From: Isurus oxyrinchus
Taxonomy: Eukaryota
DNA length: 64,000 bases
Assembly (NCBI GenBank): GCA_026770705.1
Contig: JANJGN010000041.1
Location: 5,890,001-5,954,000, forward strand
Direction: 5' to 3'
Shown here: positions 25,877 through 38,876 of the stretch, piece by piece
Numbering within the stretch: the stretch's first letter is position 1
How the letters are laid out: the number at the start of each line of letters is the position of its first letter
The notes under the pieces: model-generated
Seen by the model: the letters and a program-made list of their open reading frames with translations, nothing else
The model's database searches: none
Told to the model about the DNA's origin: nothing
Position numbers and translations under genes: made by a program

Positions 25877-26781
25877 TTAATGTTGTTGCCATTGTGATTC
25901 TTTCAGGAGGAATGTGTGGCCTCTCCAAATGTATTACCCATTATATGATCGCCATGGCTACGGCGGATCTCCTGGTTGTTTGTGCTCAAGTCATGTTGAA
26001 CAATAAGCTGTATATGTATTTACCTGCTTCATTCTTGACCATGAGCACGGTCTGCCCTCTAACTGTGACATTGACTTATGCAGTCATATCAGCTTCTGTC
26101 TGGTTAACAGTGGGGTTCACCTTTGATCGTTTTGTGGCCATATGTTGTAAGAAGCTGCGAAAAAAATATTGCACGGAGACAACAGCAGTAGCTGTCATAT
26201 CAGTGGTGAGTGTGTTGAGTTGTTTGATGAACATTCCCTGGTACTTTGCGTATGAACCTGCATATACAATGGACAATGTAAATCGTGGTTGTGTCCTAAA
26301 ACTGACATTTTTCATTTCTGATGAATGGGCCGCATTTGCCTTGCTTAACCTTGCCTTGACCCCATGTGTTCCATTTATTCTAATTTTGTTGCTAAATTTT
26401 TGGACGGCAAGATGTATTTTGGCAGCCAGTAAAGTTCGCAGGGGTCTCCGCGGTTGCAACAATGGAGAACATCACAAGGATACTGAAATAGAAAACCGAA
26501 GAAAGTCCATTGTTTTACTCTTCAGTATAACCGGTAGCTTTATATTGCTCTGGACAGCTCCAATTATATATATTATTTCTCTGCATGTAACAATCACATC
26601 GATTTCTGGGACAAACGAGATTGAGACAGTTAGTTTCATGCTTGGATTCCTCAGTTGCTGCACAAATACATTCATTTATGTGCTGACACAGGCTAAGTTT
26701 AGGGAGGAGCTGAAGAGAGGAATACAGTATCTTGTGAAACTGTGCGTTAATATAGGCAAATTACAGCTGAAAACCCATTGA
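25877..26781 (+). CDS. GPR139/GPR142-like class A GPCR, copy 2, exon 2 (gene join 17501..17570,25877..26781; 324 aa)
   Basis: Intact 7TM frame with the same motifs as copy 1; acceptor AG at 25875-25876; intron 17571-25876. Confidence 0.92.
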
Positions 26782-26969
26782 CCTTTACAGGAGGGCATAA
26801 AAATTTTGTGCTGAATGAGCTCATCTTAGCAATAGGCTTGTAACAAAGTTTAACACTCTGGATAAAATAATATCCTACTAAAGATGCACGTTTTGTCATA
26901 TAATGTCGAATTAAACTACTTTTCACACTAAACTGTAATCAATGGTGAAATGTAAGCTGTGATAACAAT

Positions 26970-26986
26970 AATAAATAAATAATAAA
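26970..26986 (+). terminator. Polyadenylation signal cluster, GPCR copy 2
   Basis: Equivalent of 5859-5875. Confidence 0.55.
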
Positions 26987-29982
26987 AATATTGAACTGTC
27001 CCTGTTAGCGTTGCAGAGTTAGAAAGTTTGAATTGTGATACCAGGTCCTGACAGCCTCGTATTCATTGGAACAGCTGTTCCTATAAATAAAAGAACACCC
27101 AAAACAGTAGTTGCTGGATCTCTGATAACTCGACATATGTAACATAGACAAACGTCACCAATTTCCTACAAATCACTTCTGAGCCAAATAGTACATGGGG
27201 GAATTTTCAGAACAAGTTTCATGAAGTCTGACACCCTCCAAATTTCGGACAGTTGTAGAATGAGCTGCTTCCCAGATTTCCATATAACTCACATGATTTA
27301 AACAAGGAAGGCCTGCTCTTCACGTGTTTTGTGAAAGGATGGGAATTTGCGTAATTGATCAATCATTCCCATGGTACATCGGGCTGAGCGACGGCTCTAT
27401 ATCTTGGATTCAAAACTTTTAAACTCAATTTCCCTACGATTCATTTGAAAGCGCATATAGCTCACACTTATTTTTTCACGATTTATGCGGCTACCTCTTC
27501 CCCACATGCTCATTCACAACACTCTCTGTTTCATGTTATCGGGTGCTTTCACACAGAAAGCCACCAAATGGCTGTTGTCATAATTCCCGAATGTTTAAAT
27601 ATGTTTAACTTGATATCCACTCATAATTATAGCGAGTGACGCCTCAACCATGTATCAGCACGATTTCCCAGCGAAGAAACGGCTGATCACACCTGGCTCC
27701 AACATAAATTTCCTTCTTGGCTTACCTACACATGATGAATGTGAAAAAAATATAATGTAATTCTTCCTGTGGCATATACTTCTAATTTCTTTAACTTCAA
27801 TGCCATTCATAGAATTGAACCATAGACGGGCAACAGCATAGAAGCAGCTCATTTGGCCATTCTTTTCCTTATTGTCTCTGATAAGGAAGTTGCAACTGGC
27901 AGCCACTGATAGAATAGAGGCACAAAGGTGCAAGTGCTTCGATGTTAGAACATGGCAGACTGACCTGTCCCTCGGGTATGGATAATTGTGGCGACCGTGC
28001 CTGGCACCATGCTTTGGGGGAGGGTGGGGGGCGGCGGAATGTGTTGTGCGCTGTGGTGACCATTGAAAGCGGGTGACCTTTCATATCTGGGTAAGTTTGA
28101 AGGCGTCTGTTTAAGTGACACAAATGAGCGGCCCCCTTCGGATTTAGGATTCTATGGCCAGCATGAGCAGGGACACTGGAAATGGGGCTATATTGCTCGG
28201 GTGCGGAGGAAATGCAAAGCAAAAAAGCAGGAAATGAAGAGACCCTGATATGTTCTGCAGAAAACTAGAAGGCTGTGAAAAATGTTTCGGCAAATCTGTA
28301 AAATATTCAATTAATGCACTTTAGCGAATGCAGCACCGAGTCTGTGGAAGAGGGAAAAATCTACACAGGCTGATGAAATAGCAAATTCTTCTGATGCGCT
28401 TCCCAGTAAAGAATTAATATATGGTCCAACAAATTGGCGAGATACCCTATTCAACAAGAAGACGATGGACATTCCTTTGGGAAAGGGGCCTGTGAAAATA
28501 TTGGGCAGTGCCTATGTCTTTCCAAACGATGATGAGAACGAAACTTTTCAGAAGACTTAAACTCACTGGAGATTCCAAACGGAAAAATAGTTGAAACAAA
28601 TTGCCTGGTTACAAAAAAATCTCTGATGCAGATTTATGATTCTGCTGCAATTTGTACGGCGCAGAAAACGCACGCAAATTATGCAAGGAATGCGGCAGTG
28701 TCTGGAAACATCACAATGACAGATTGCAATGTGATCGAAATACTTAAGGAGCATTTTCAAAACGCAACAAAATGAATTGAAACAAAGCGAATGTTCCCAG
28801 AATTGAAGGCACTGGATGATAAACAAAAAACAGAGAGATAAATAAACAAAGTGAAGAAAGAAAAGGGCAATCCGCGTTCATAGATATTATAGCAGTCGTT
28901 CAGCTCCAGTAGATCATTACTCAGAGTTTCGTTGAAAACCTGCAAGGCTTTATAAACACATCAATGAATCTTTTCCGGGATTAATTGCCATTAGAGCAAA
29001 ATTGGACTCTACCATATGCCCAATGCATCAAAACATAACACGCTCTTGACGATTTTCTTTGCTCTTCTATTAGAAATGAGATAATTTTGATGAAGGCGTT
29101 GCAGGTGAAAGAAATAAACGTTATTGTAATGGTGCAGGCTGCAATAAACCTTGTGCTTATTCTATTCAGTACCCCGGGTCTGAGTGATGAAGATCAGATA
29201 TTCCTTGTGTTCATTAAGTTGATCTGACTTCTGAAGATGTGAATCGAGTAGAGGATTTATTCATTTTATGCTGACTCAAGACAACAGTTGGCCAGGCCTG
29301 ATGCTCTCAATGATGCGCCAGATAAGCTTGGCCTTCGCATCACTGACAGTAAGATGCAGGGACACCACAAACGGGTAAACATTAGGTGTCAGAAACGAGG
29401 CGTACAGGCCTGCCCCCTTCATCAAAAACCTCGAGGCTTGTTAACTCCATGAGGCTGACTCAACTTATCTCTGGTATTAGAAGTTATGGCAAAGTGCAGT
29501 GCTAAAACCATGACATTGATTCGGAATAGTGCACCGAAATTACATAATTATTACAGTTTAAAATAGATGGCATATATTGAGAGCGGATGCTTTCTAAATA
29601 ATGTGAAAGTCGTTGTCAGACTGCTGGTGGAATTTCGAGTGTAGAGTGGGAATGAAATCTGTTACCAAACAGCTGAATTTAAATGGCATTGATTACACTT
29701 GCTGAAGAAGGTGAAAACTCAACCCTTAACATTAAGGCTCAGTCTACGATCAACGACAGAGTCGAAGCTTTCGAATTTTGCTTTGCAAAGGTTGAGTGGG
29801 ACGACAGCATATTTGCATAAGCATTGTTCCCCAGACGATTCCATCTTTCGAAATGCAGTTTCAGGCTGCTTTCTCATTACGGCGAAATAGCGAAAATGAG
29901 AAGCAGGCTGCATAGCACTCTTAATAATTTAAGATATTATTTGCAAGAGCGGTTCTTTCATGAAACGTTGATGGGCCAATTT

Positions 29983-32289
29983 GTGAGTAGCTGGAAAACG
30001 GCAAATGGATCAGATATTGGTGGGAGTTGGTTTTAAGCCACCAAACAATGGTGCTAATTTGTGGCACAGTATATATCAAGAAATTCTAGCTGAATGTAAC
30101 ATGTTAATACAGGAAAATGAGAAACTTCAGTTTGCAAAATGAACGTGGTTAACCAGATCAATACTAATATCCTGTTAGACGAATTTATTGAATGTGTACT
30201 AGATTGGTTTCAGAACCAGTATGTTGACGAGCCGACTAGGAATCGAGCAATGCAGATTTTAGTGCTCTGCCAAGTGAAAGACTCATGGATTTCTATGCTC
30301 CCAAGTAGTATTTTGGAAATAGTCACAATAAAGTGATAGAACTTCGCAATAAGTATGGCAGCAAAATGCCGATTTATGAAACTCCGTTCTTCAATCTGGA
30401 GAAAGGAAACTATGAATGTAAGACAGGCAAGTTGGCAACGATGGATTGAGAAAGTATAGGAAAATATTTGCCAGTGGACAGGCAAAGGCGAGTATTTAAG
30501 CAAATAATGTCTACATCAGACATGCATTCATCGAACGCTCAAGCACATACACGGAAAGAAATCACAAGTATTGTTACCAAATGAAGTTAAATGTTGCAGT
30601 ACATGAAATTAAATTATGTGTCGAGACACAGGAAGAAAAGTGGTAAATCTGGGGGTTGTGGGAAATTTAGCACACAGCAAAGAGAGAACTAAGAAAGTTA
30701 TTTAGAAATGGGAAGATAATAGAATGCAATCCAGCGAGGAACATAAAGAGCAAATCTGTGCAATTTACAAGTAGTTTCTGGAACGTTTACATGTGAATAG
30801 TGAAACAGCTTAGAAACGAAACAGTATTTTTTGCCAGTCGAAGACATAAAGGATATATCCAAGATAAGCTCGGCTACGAAGGAACTTGTGAAACGGGGCA
30901 GCGAAAAGAAATAAATAGTTTTAGTGAAAAGGGTAGTACTTTAAATGTGAACTGAATTGTAGGTTAAATAATGTGCTGGACTAGAATTCCTTCATCTCAA
31001 GAGTGCTGAAGGAGGAGGCTAAAGGTACAATGGATCCTTCGGTTGTTTTCTTTCGAAAATCTTTAGCTTTTGGAAAGCCTCCAGCGCATTACAAATTATC
31101 AGAAGTACCTGGAGAAACTCAGCATGTCTGGCAGGATCGATGGAGATCGAGTCCTCATGACCCTTCAATAGAGCTAAGTGGAAATGGAAAAGCGGTGAAA
31201 CATAAATTGGTTTAAGGGGAGAGAGGAGAAAGCAGTGATGAGAGGAGATAACCAAAAGATGTCACAGACAATAGAACAAAAAGGTGTCGAAGGTGCTGAT
31301 AGTATCTAAAAGAATGTGCTACATAATAGGGAATGTGGGACAAGCAAGGTAGCTCTAGTGGGAGTGGGGTGAAATAAAAGATGGGTAGAATACATTTAAA
31401 AAATGGAAATAGTTGGGAAAATAAAAATCTAGATAAATTATTCGAAAAAAAATAAAAGGGAGGGGGAAGAAATGGAAAGGGGGTGGGGATGGAGGAGGGA
31501 GTATAAGATCTAAAGTCGGTGAACTCAATATTCATTCCGGAAGGCAGTAAAGTACCTAGTCGGAAGATGAGGTACTGTTCATCCAGTTTGCGTTGAGCTT
31601 CACTGGCACAATGCAGTAAGCCAAGGACAGACATGTGGGCAAGAGAGCAGGGTGGAGTGTTAATATGGCAAGCGAAAGGGAAATCTGGGTAATGCTTCCG
31701 GACAGACCGAAGGTGTTCTGAAAATCAGGAACCCAATCTGTGTTTGGTCTCTCCAATGTAAAGGAAACTGCGTTGGGACCAATGAGTGCAGGAAGTTAAT
31801 TTGGGGGATTTGCAAGTGAAATGCTGCTTAACTTGAAAGGAGTGTTTGGACCTTTGGACGTTGAGGAGAGACGAAGTGATGGAAGAGTGGTCTATGGTGT
31901 CAGGGAAGGAACGATCACTATGGAATGCCGAAAGGGGGTTTGAAGTGAAGTTTGATGGTCGTATCATGCTGGATTTGATGGAAATGGCCGAGGATGATCT
32001 ATCAAGTGGGAAGGCTGGTGGGGTGTTCAAAAAGGACAAGGCGGACCCTATCATGTTTCTGGTAGGCAGGAGAAGGCGTGAGGGCGAATGCAAATTATTA
32101 GATGTTGCATCACGATTTAAGAATGGAATAAGCGTGAAGAGACTGTACTGCAGTCATGTTAGTTTGACATAAGTGGTCTGGAAAATGACAAAATCTCTTA
32201 GTACAGAGGCGATAACTTGGTATTTAGTAAATAATGGTAAAATTGCGCAGTTAAAAAGGGTATATGAAAGGGGAATCATATTAGACAGA
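29983..32289 (+). mobile_element. Degenerate CR1 LINE ORF2 relic (unit C copy, ~180 bp longer)
   Basis: ORF 30139-30336 DEFIECVLDWFQNQYVDEPTRNRAMQILVLC matches the CR1 endonuclease C-terminal region. Confidence 0.65.
31100..32090 (-). mobile_element. Penelope-like retroelement fragment (unit C copy)
   Basis: Duplicate of 9796-10786 with the same flanking CAAATTAT repeats. Confidence 0.85.
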
Positions 32290-34156
32290 CAATTAAACAA
32301 CTCACCGGATAAGGAAGTTCCTCAAATATTCACATTTCCAATGCTGTGAGGGCCCAACGCAGCAGTGGAAAATTAAAAGCTGAACCATTCGCAAAAAAAC
32401 TTCCTCTACAAGTACCGAGTCGATGACCCATCTTGGCCTACTCTGTAAGTTCCCAAAATCAGAGATGATAGACTTCAGCCAAATGTTTTCACTCTCCGTG
32501 ATATCAGGAAGCCACTGAACCTCTGGATACTGCAAGACGATGAATATTGCTGCAATTGTTTGATTTCCATTTTTATAGAAAGATGTGAATGCATGGAGGC
32601 GCTTCAGAGAAGGCTCACTAGTTGTCACTTGGAATGAACGGGATGGCTTGTGAGGAAAGGTAAGGAAGATCGGAGTTGCCTGCACAACATTTTAGAGGAG
32701 GAAGGGGTGAAATACTTGAAGTGGATGCGAACCTGAAAACTTTTTTCAAGGCAGTGGCAAATTATTTTTCATTTTTTGGGTGAGACCTGAATTAGGCGAC
32801 GTTTATTAAAAAATGCTTTGCTCTTTTAGGATAGAGTTTATGAATTTGTGTGTTTTTATGTTTGTTTCTCCTCGAGGTTTATCTGACTGTGGAACTCTCT
32901 ACTTTAGAAGGTGGTGGAGGCTCGATCACTGATATTGTTAAGATGGAGGTCAAAATATTATTGCAAAGAAAAGGAATCAAACCTTAGCGGGTTGGTTTGG
33001 AATATATAACTCGAAACAACCAGATAATCAATGGACTATATGAATGGTGGAGAAGTCCGATGGTCCAAATAGCCTATGTCTGCTCATATCTTCTATGTTC
33101 GTATGTTCCTAATCGTGACGACATGGACGAATCTGATCACAACAATATAAACTTTCAATTTAAGTTGTTGTGAGAGCGAATGAGTTCAGTGAGCACAAAG
33201 CGGTGAGGGTGAATTTAGTTTCATGAGAGTTTATATATAGCCTGCACAGTTTTTGGTGAGTTTTGATCATACAGTTTTGTAACTGGTTGTTGCCAGGAAA
33301 ATCATTACAAACATTGAGCCTGGATTTCACGAAAAGGACACGTGAGGCCTTGAGCAACAGATGGTCTGGAGTAAAGGTTCTGATATAGTGTGGAGGATCG
33401 AGTATAAAGCACTGAGTGAGTGTGATGATATGGACCGCATGTTAATCAAAGCCAAATAGATCACAGAGGTTCTGACCTGTCTGTTTCAGCATCAGATTTT
33501 GTCCAGACACTCGTTCAGGAGCAAATATTGATTAGAAATGAGGAGAATTACCGCCATCTTCACAATCTTGAGAAACACCGACTGTATTGCAATGAATCAT
33601 TGATTTCTGGCATCGCATCTAGATGCAATGGTTTACCAGGAAGTACGCCAAAGCAAAGATGGGAGAGTAAGATAACAAGATCTCTATTAAGATAAGAATT
33701 GGTTGTTGAAGTAATAACTGATTGCAGAGATTCATAAAAAAAGACAAAACAGGGCAGATTAAACTGCTACAAGTGTGAGAGCATCAGACATCGTTCTACA
33801 ATCTTACTGGGGCAAAAACAATAGCCACGATAACGAATAAATGTATTAAAGCACTAGTCGGAAATGGATCTGTTTGGCTTAGTTAACGACGAATCATATC
33901 CAGAAATAACATTCAAAAAATGTAAGATAATACGCTGTCCCTTGTTTGTACATTCCGTCTCTTGTTCCCATATCGACTGTATTGTGTAACTATCGAACCA
34001 ATTGATCTCAGATTCAGATCCAGTTTTGCAACATTCAAATCTATTGTTCCCAGACTCAGATCTGTGCAGGCAAACTAGGTAAATGTTGGTCGAAAATGGA
34101 AATCCAACGGCAAAGTGGAATCTCATTGACTCCCCTAGAATGCAATGGCAGCCATG

Positions 34157-34228
34157 TTTTCCTGAGTATAGTGGTGAGTGTCCCTACCTTCCACACGGGG
34201 GACCAGGGCTCAATTCACCACTGTGGAG
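34157..34228 (+). pseudogene. tRNA-Asp-derived pseudogene (unit C copy)
   Basis: Duplicate of 12852-12923. Confidence 0.7.
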
Positions 34229-35470
34229 AAAATTTGTTGTTTGGATTGTGTGCTGCAGAAGAAGTGCTCACGGTTTTGGTTAGCAAATCGGTTTTCATTT
34301 CTGCATGATGATCGAGCTAAAGATCACCTCCTCATCAATTGGGACAGAAGGCAGTTTTGCAAATGTACATCTTGAATAATGTTTCTGGAAAGATCCCCTG
34401 TGGGCAACGTCCCTTCAATTCATCATGCTGCCTGCTTCCACTTTGTAGATGTCGCAACGTTTACCCAAAATAACGCTTCCCATTGTTTATTCAGGGCAAT
34501 TATATAAAAAAAAAACATGCTTTAGAATCGACAAGTGCAAAAGTTACCCCACACTTTGCGGTAAACAATAAGGTCAACATAATTCACATCCCGACCACGA
34601 TTGAACATCCGGGGCTCACTGATGTCAATAGGTTCCAGGCAGGATCACAGCTCCTCCTCGCCTGTACCCGAAGATGCGGGAGCCTTAAGTAAGATTAGGA
34701 TGGCCAGAGTGCCACTGCAATGTACGCAATGTGTTTCAGTAAGCTCCAAACAGGCAAAATCACCAAAGAAAAACATTTGAATGCATGGTAATTTTCATTT
34801 CGCACTCCACCCTTCTTTCAATTCATTCCTAAATTGGTACATTACTTATGACATGTGAACACTTCCTTGCAGCACTTAAAATTCGATTGGAAGGAAATAA
34901 CAACTTGTGTGCAGTCACCAGAAAAAGGCTAAGGTAATCACATGTATACACACAGTTTCTCCAAGAATCCCGTGGTTCTGTCAGCATCGCATCAAGTCTT
35001 TGTCACCTGGTAACTCGACTTCAACTAAAGTTCCGGCTGCCAAATGAGCCTGGATTTTGAAAGCCGCTCACTGAACTCTGCAGAACACGCTGTGCTTAAA
35101 GGTGAGATATGCTTTTTCAGCTTGGTATGCAGCCCGAGTTATGCATGGCTTCTTCCTCCTAACTAAGAGTTCCTGTCCCAGGTGTGACGTGCAAATGTCC
35201 AAAATGTTCACTGGGCGAGAAAACCGTCAGTTTTCACAGAAACCCAAATTGTTGGAAAAACACAGCGGGCCTGAAAGCATCTGTCGAAAGCAAGACACGG
35301 TTTACTTCAGGAGTCCGTGTGGCACTTCTTAAAAACGGTAATTTGTAAACTGTGTTTGGACGTGTTTGCATGTGTTGCCATAGGAAAGCGATCCCAACTC
35401 ATTTCTGCACTGCTCCTTAAGCAGTTAACATTCAGTTTGAAATGAAAACAGCCGTGTGGATACCTATATA

Positions 35471-35719
35471 TAAAAACAAAAATCTGCGGATGCTAGAAAT
35501 ACAAAACAAAAACAGAATTACCTGGTAAAACTCAGCAGGTCTGGCAACATCGGCGGAGAAGAAAAGAGTTGACGTTTCGAGACCTCATGACCCTTCGAAG
35601 GGTCATGAGGACTCGAAACGTCAACTCTTTTCTTCGGTCATGAGGACTCGAAACGTCAACTCTTTTCTTCTCCACCGATGCAGCCAGACCTGCTGAGTTT
35701 TTCCAGGTAACTCTGTTTT
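35471..35719. mobile_element. Fold-back Penelope-end element (unit C copy)
   Basis: Duplicate of 14164-14412. Confidence 0.8.
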
Positions 35720-38700
35720 GGTGTCGATAACTATCCTGTTGTGTTGTAAGCAAATGAATTACAGCCTTGTCCCGGTCCCCAATCCTCCATCCCCACAGAG
35801 CTTTTCGCCTGAAGCCGGCCTGTGAACCCCATATTTGAGTACCAGGTTTGCAGTGCGCTGGGTGTAGGCTACATATGGCACAGCCACATCACATTGCTTT
35901 TAGCAAGGTGCTATCAGGACCTCATGTACTGGGAACCAGATTGGCCTTGAGATTTCAGACATTCTGTAGTGGAGCTTCCTGTGCTCACCGTGTGTGGCAT
36001 TTTGGTACATAGGCATATTCCAAATTAACTGCAAGACCTACCCAGAGAACCGGGCCTCTAATGAACATATTTCCGAAAGCAGGCATGCAGCACTTTGCAA
36101 GATTATCGGTTTTGCGGATTTTGCCCTGCCAAGAACAGTTGGAAATGGTTCACCGGCAGTGAGTTTGTAAATTTTCATTGGCTTTCTATGAGGCTGAAAG
36201 GATATGCAAGTCTTGCACTGACATCAAAGTGAATTAAAACAAACTGCCTGGCAGGCCTTGAGCTACCATCTGAGGATTTGCAGAAGTCAGTGAGTGAAGC
36301 CTGCCATGTGCTAAACTTGTTTTTGTCAGGCGGTATTTAATTTGCCCATCCAGTTAGTGGCCTTGGAGTGCTTTCTGCCGAATTATCAAACTTCCGCAAT
36401 GAACAGAGGGGTGCGTTATTCAAAGCGGCTCTGGTATCTTGGAACACATGACCAGCAACGGTTTTTAACAGCATCTCTATCCTCAGTTATATTGTCAATT
36501 GAAAACATTCTGAGTTTGCAGCAAAGCGCTCGCACGCAGCTGACTGCCTCTGTGTACTGACATATGAAAGGCCATTGGTCCGTGAATACGACTTCCCTCT
36601 GTAGCTACCCAGTAGCATCTCTGCAAGGTTTTATACTTGGCTCTTTGAAAAGGCTGCCAGTGGTCCTGAAATGAATGTGTAATCCTGTGTCAAGCTCTTT
36701 GACCGCATTCTTAGACAAACATCGACAAATATATGACAAACAGAGCTGGAGAAATTAAACAGCCTTAAATGGTGCCACAAGTGGCATGAAATGGGTTCAC
36801 ACAGAGAACCACTTTGCATCGCTCTGATTATGACGCCATCGTCATGAAGTGAATGACACTGATCATCTGCTCAGGGCTGTTGCATATTCATGGCTGAGTT
36901 GGATGTTTTATTGACCAATAAGGGAGACTAGGATCATGAGGATGGACGTGTGTGCTGTGAGGGAGGTGACTGAGCGGCCCAGCGGAAGTTGCTGTTTGGG
37001 GGAGAGCAGGCAGGATAGCGGGGCTGAGGCCACGATCGGATAAACCATGAATTTTCCGATTTGCAGAACAGGCACAATGGGCTGACATTTAACTATTCTG
37101 TTTTAGGTGTTTGTTGAAATGCAACCCACACCAAAGTTGCAGGCGCCATTGATTGGGATTCATTGTAATCAGTGTTTCCATCTGCAAACGATTGTCTAAA
37201 TAATACATTTCAGGGCGAGGCGATTTCGGTGCGGAATGCCTTCCCAGCGATGTGCTATATATATCCCATTATTTTATTCAAAAAACTGTTTTTCATTCAC
37301 TTCAAGCATCACTCTGGATGGAGTATGTGTGTGCGTGAACAGGAGGATTGGATGGCACGGGGAAGCGTTACTGAGGCTGGATAGGGCTGGATTGTCTTGA
37401 ACGCATTATGTTGAAATATTTCGGTTGGGAATACAAAAGCCTTCTCCATACACTTTCTATTGCAGATCAGGTCACCACCAATACCAACTTCCCAGGCCCT
37501 ACGGTTGTGTTTATAATTTCCAGTCATAATGGTGTAGATTAATGTGCAATGAATGAGAATGTCAGTCAAGTCACCGACCAAAGTGTCAGTGCCACAGGAA
37601 TCCACAAAGCGATTTGGGCAGTGTATGAGTTCCATCTGGAAGCTTAAATGTCAAAGACAAACATCACACATGTGCCCTGTTGGAACATGGAATGTGTCCC
37701 GAAACACATGACAGTGGTGGACATCTGAAATTTCCCCCATTACCTCTGCTGGCAATTCAGGCCAATTGAGTTTCTTAAAATTATTTTGATCTAAATTAGT
37801 AACGATTTGATTCCCAACATCGCTATTCAGGTCAATCACTTCCCGCCGTGACTGTCCAATATGGGATCTACCCATTGCTCGTTAAAATATAACCCCTTCA
37901 AATTTTTGACCGCACACATCATTCCAATGTTCGACTTTTCACTTCGATAAGGTTCCTTTCAGAAGGAGAGTGACTGACGTAACCTGTTTGTTCAATGACT
38001 GAAATTAATTAATTTCTTTAGGGGACATGAATGTGCTCATGGGGATTTATCTGCTGTCTACATAACTGTTTCTCTGAATGTCACATTTCTTGTTTCGCAA
38101 AAGGGCAGTGCATCTGTTTCAACAGGAGTTAGCTCTTCTGACAGTGGGTATAATTTCTTGTACTTCTTCAGATACCTGGGCCATTTAGAGACACATTCTC
38201 GAAGCTCTCAGTTTCCGATGTACATTTATGAACATGCTCTCGGAATAACAATGTAAATTTCTGTCCTTATTTCCATTCATGGATGATGGCAACACTGGCA
38301 AGGCCAGCATTTATTGCCCATCTCTAATTCCACTTGTGAAGCGGGTGGTGAGCTGCTGCGGTCCTTGTGCTGTAGTTACATCCACGGTATTAGTATGGGG
38401 GAGCTATTAATTTGACACAGGGACAGTGAAGGAACGGCGATATTTTTACCAAATCCGGACGATGAGTGGCTTGGAGAGGAACATTCAGCGATTGGCTTTC
38501 CCATGTTCATGTTGCCTTTGTCTTTCCACATCGTAGCGGTCGTGGTTTTGATTAGTTAACTAATGGGCTGCATTTTAGGTAAAGGTAGCAACTTTTCTCT
38601 GATCCCTGTTGCGAATGCTATCTTGTCAGTTTTAACATGATGCTCTAGAACAATTAACGTGGCATCTCTTCCGAATCTCTTGTGTTTGTAACGTGTTTCC

Positions 38701-38806
38701 CTTATTTCCCTGCGATGAATTTAAAAAGAGGATTTCTACGCTTCAGCTCCCAAGTTCATTCCATCTTGTGCATCCATCTCTGCAGGAAAGACATCTCCTC
38801 TTAAAG

Positions 38807-38876
38807 ATGGGAGAACTGATACTTCATCAGATAGAAGCCATTTATTATCCTATTCTCGCGGCTATTGGCGTTCCTG
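38807..38876 (+). CDS. GPR139-like GPCR copy 3, coding exon 1
   Basis: Identical to 17501-17570; GTAAG donor at 38877. Confidence 0.88.

Larger units (their letters stand above)
7023..28133 (+). repeat. Tandem segmental duplication, unit B (21,111 bp), one complete GPCR gene
   Basis: Colinear and ~99% identical to 28134-49545. Boundary set where similarity of the last copy stops (after ...CACAAATGAGCGGCC at 7022/28133/49545). Confidence 0.93.
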
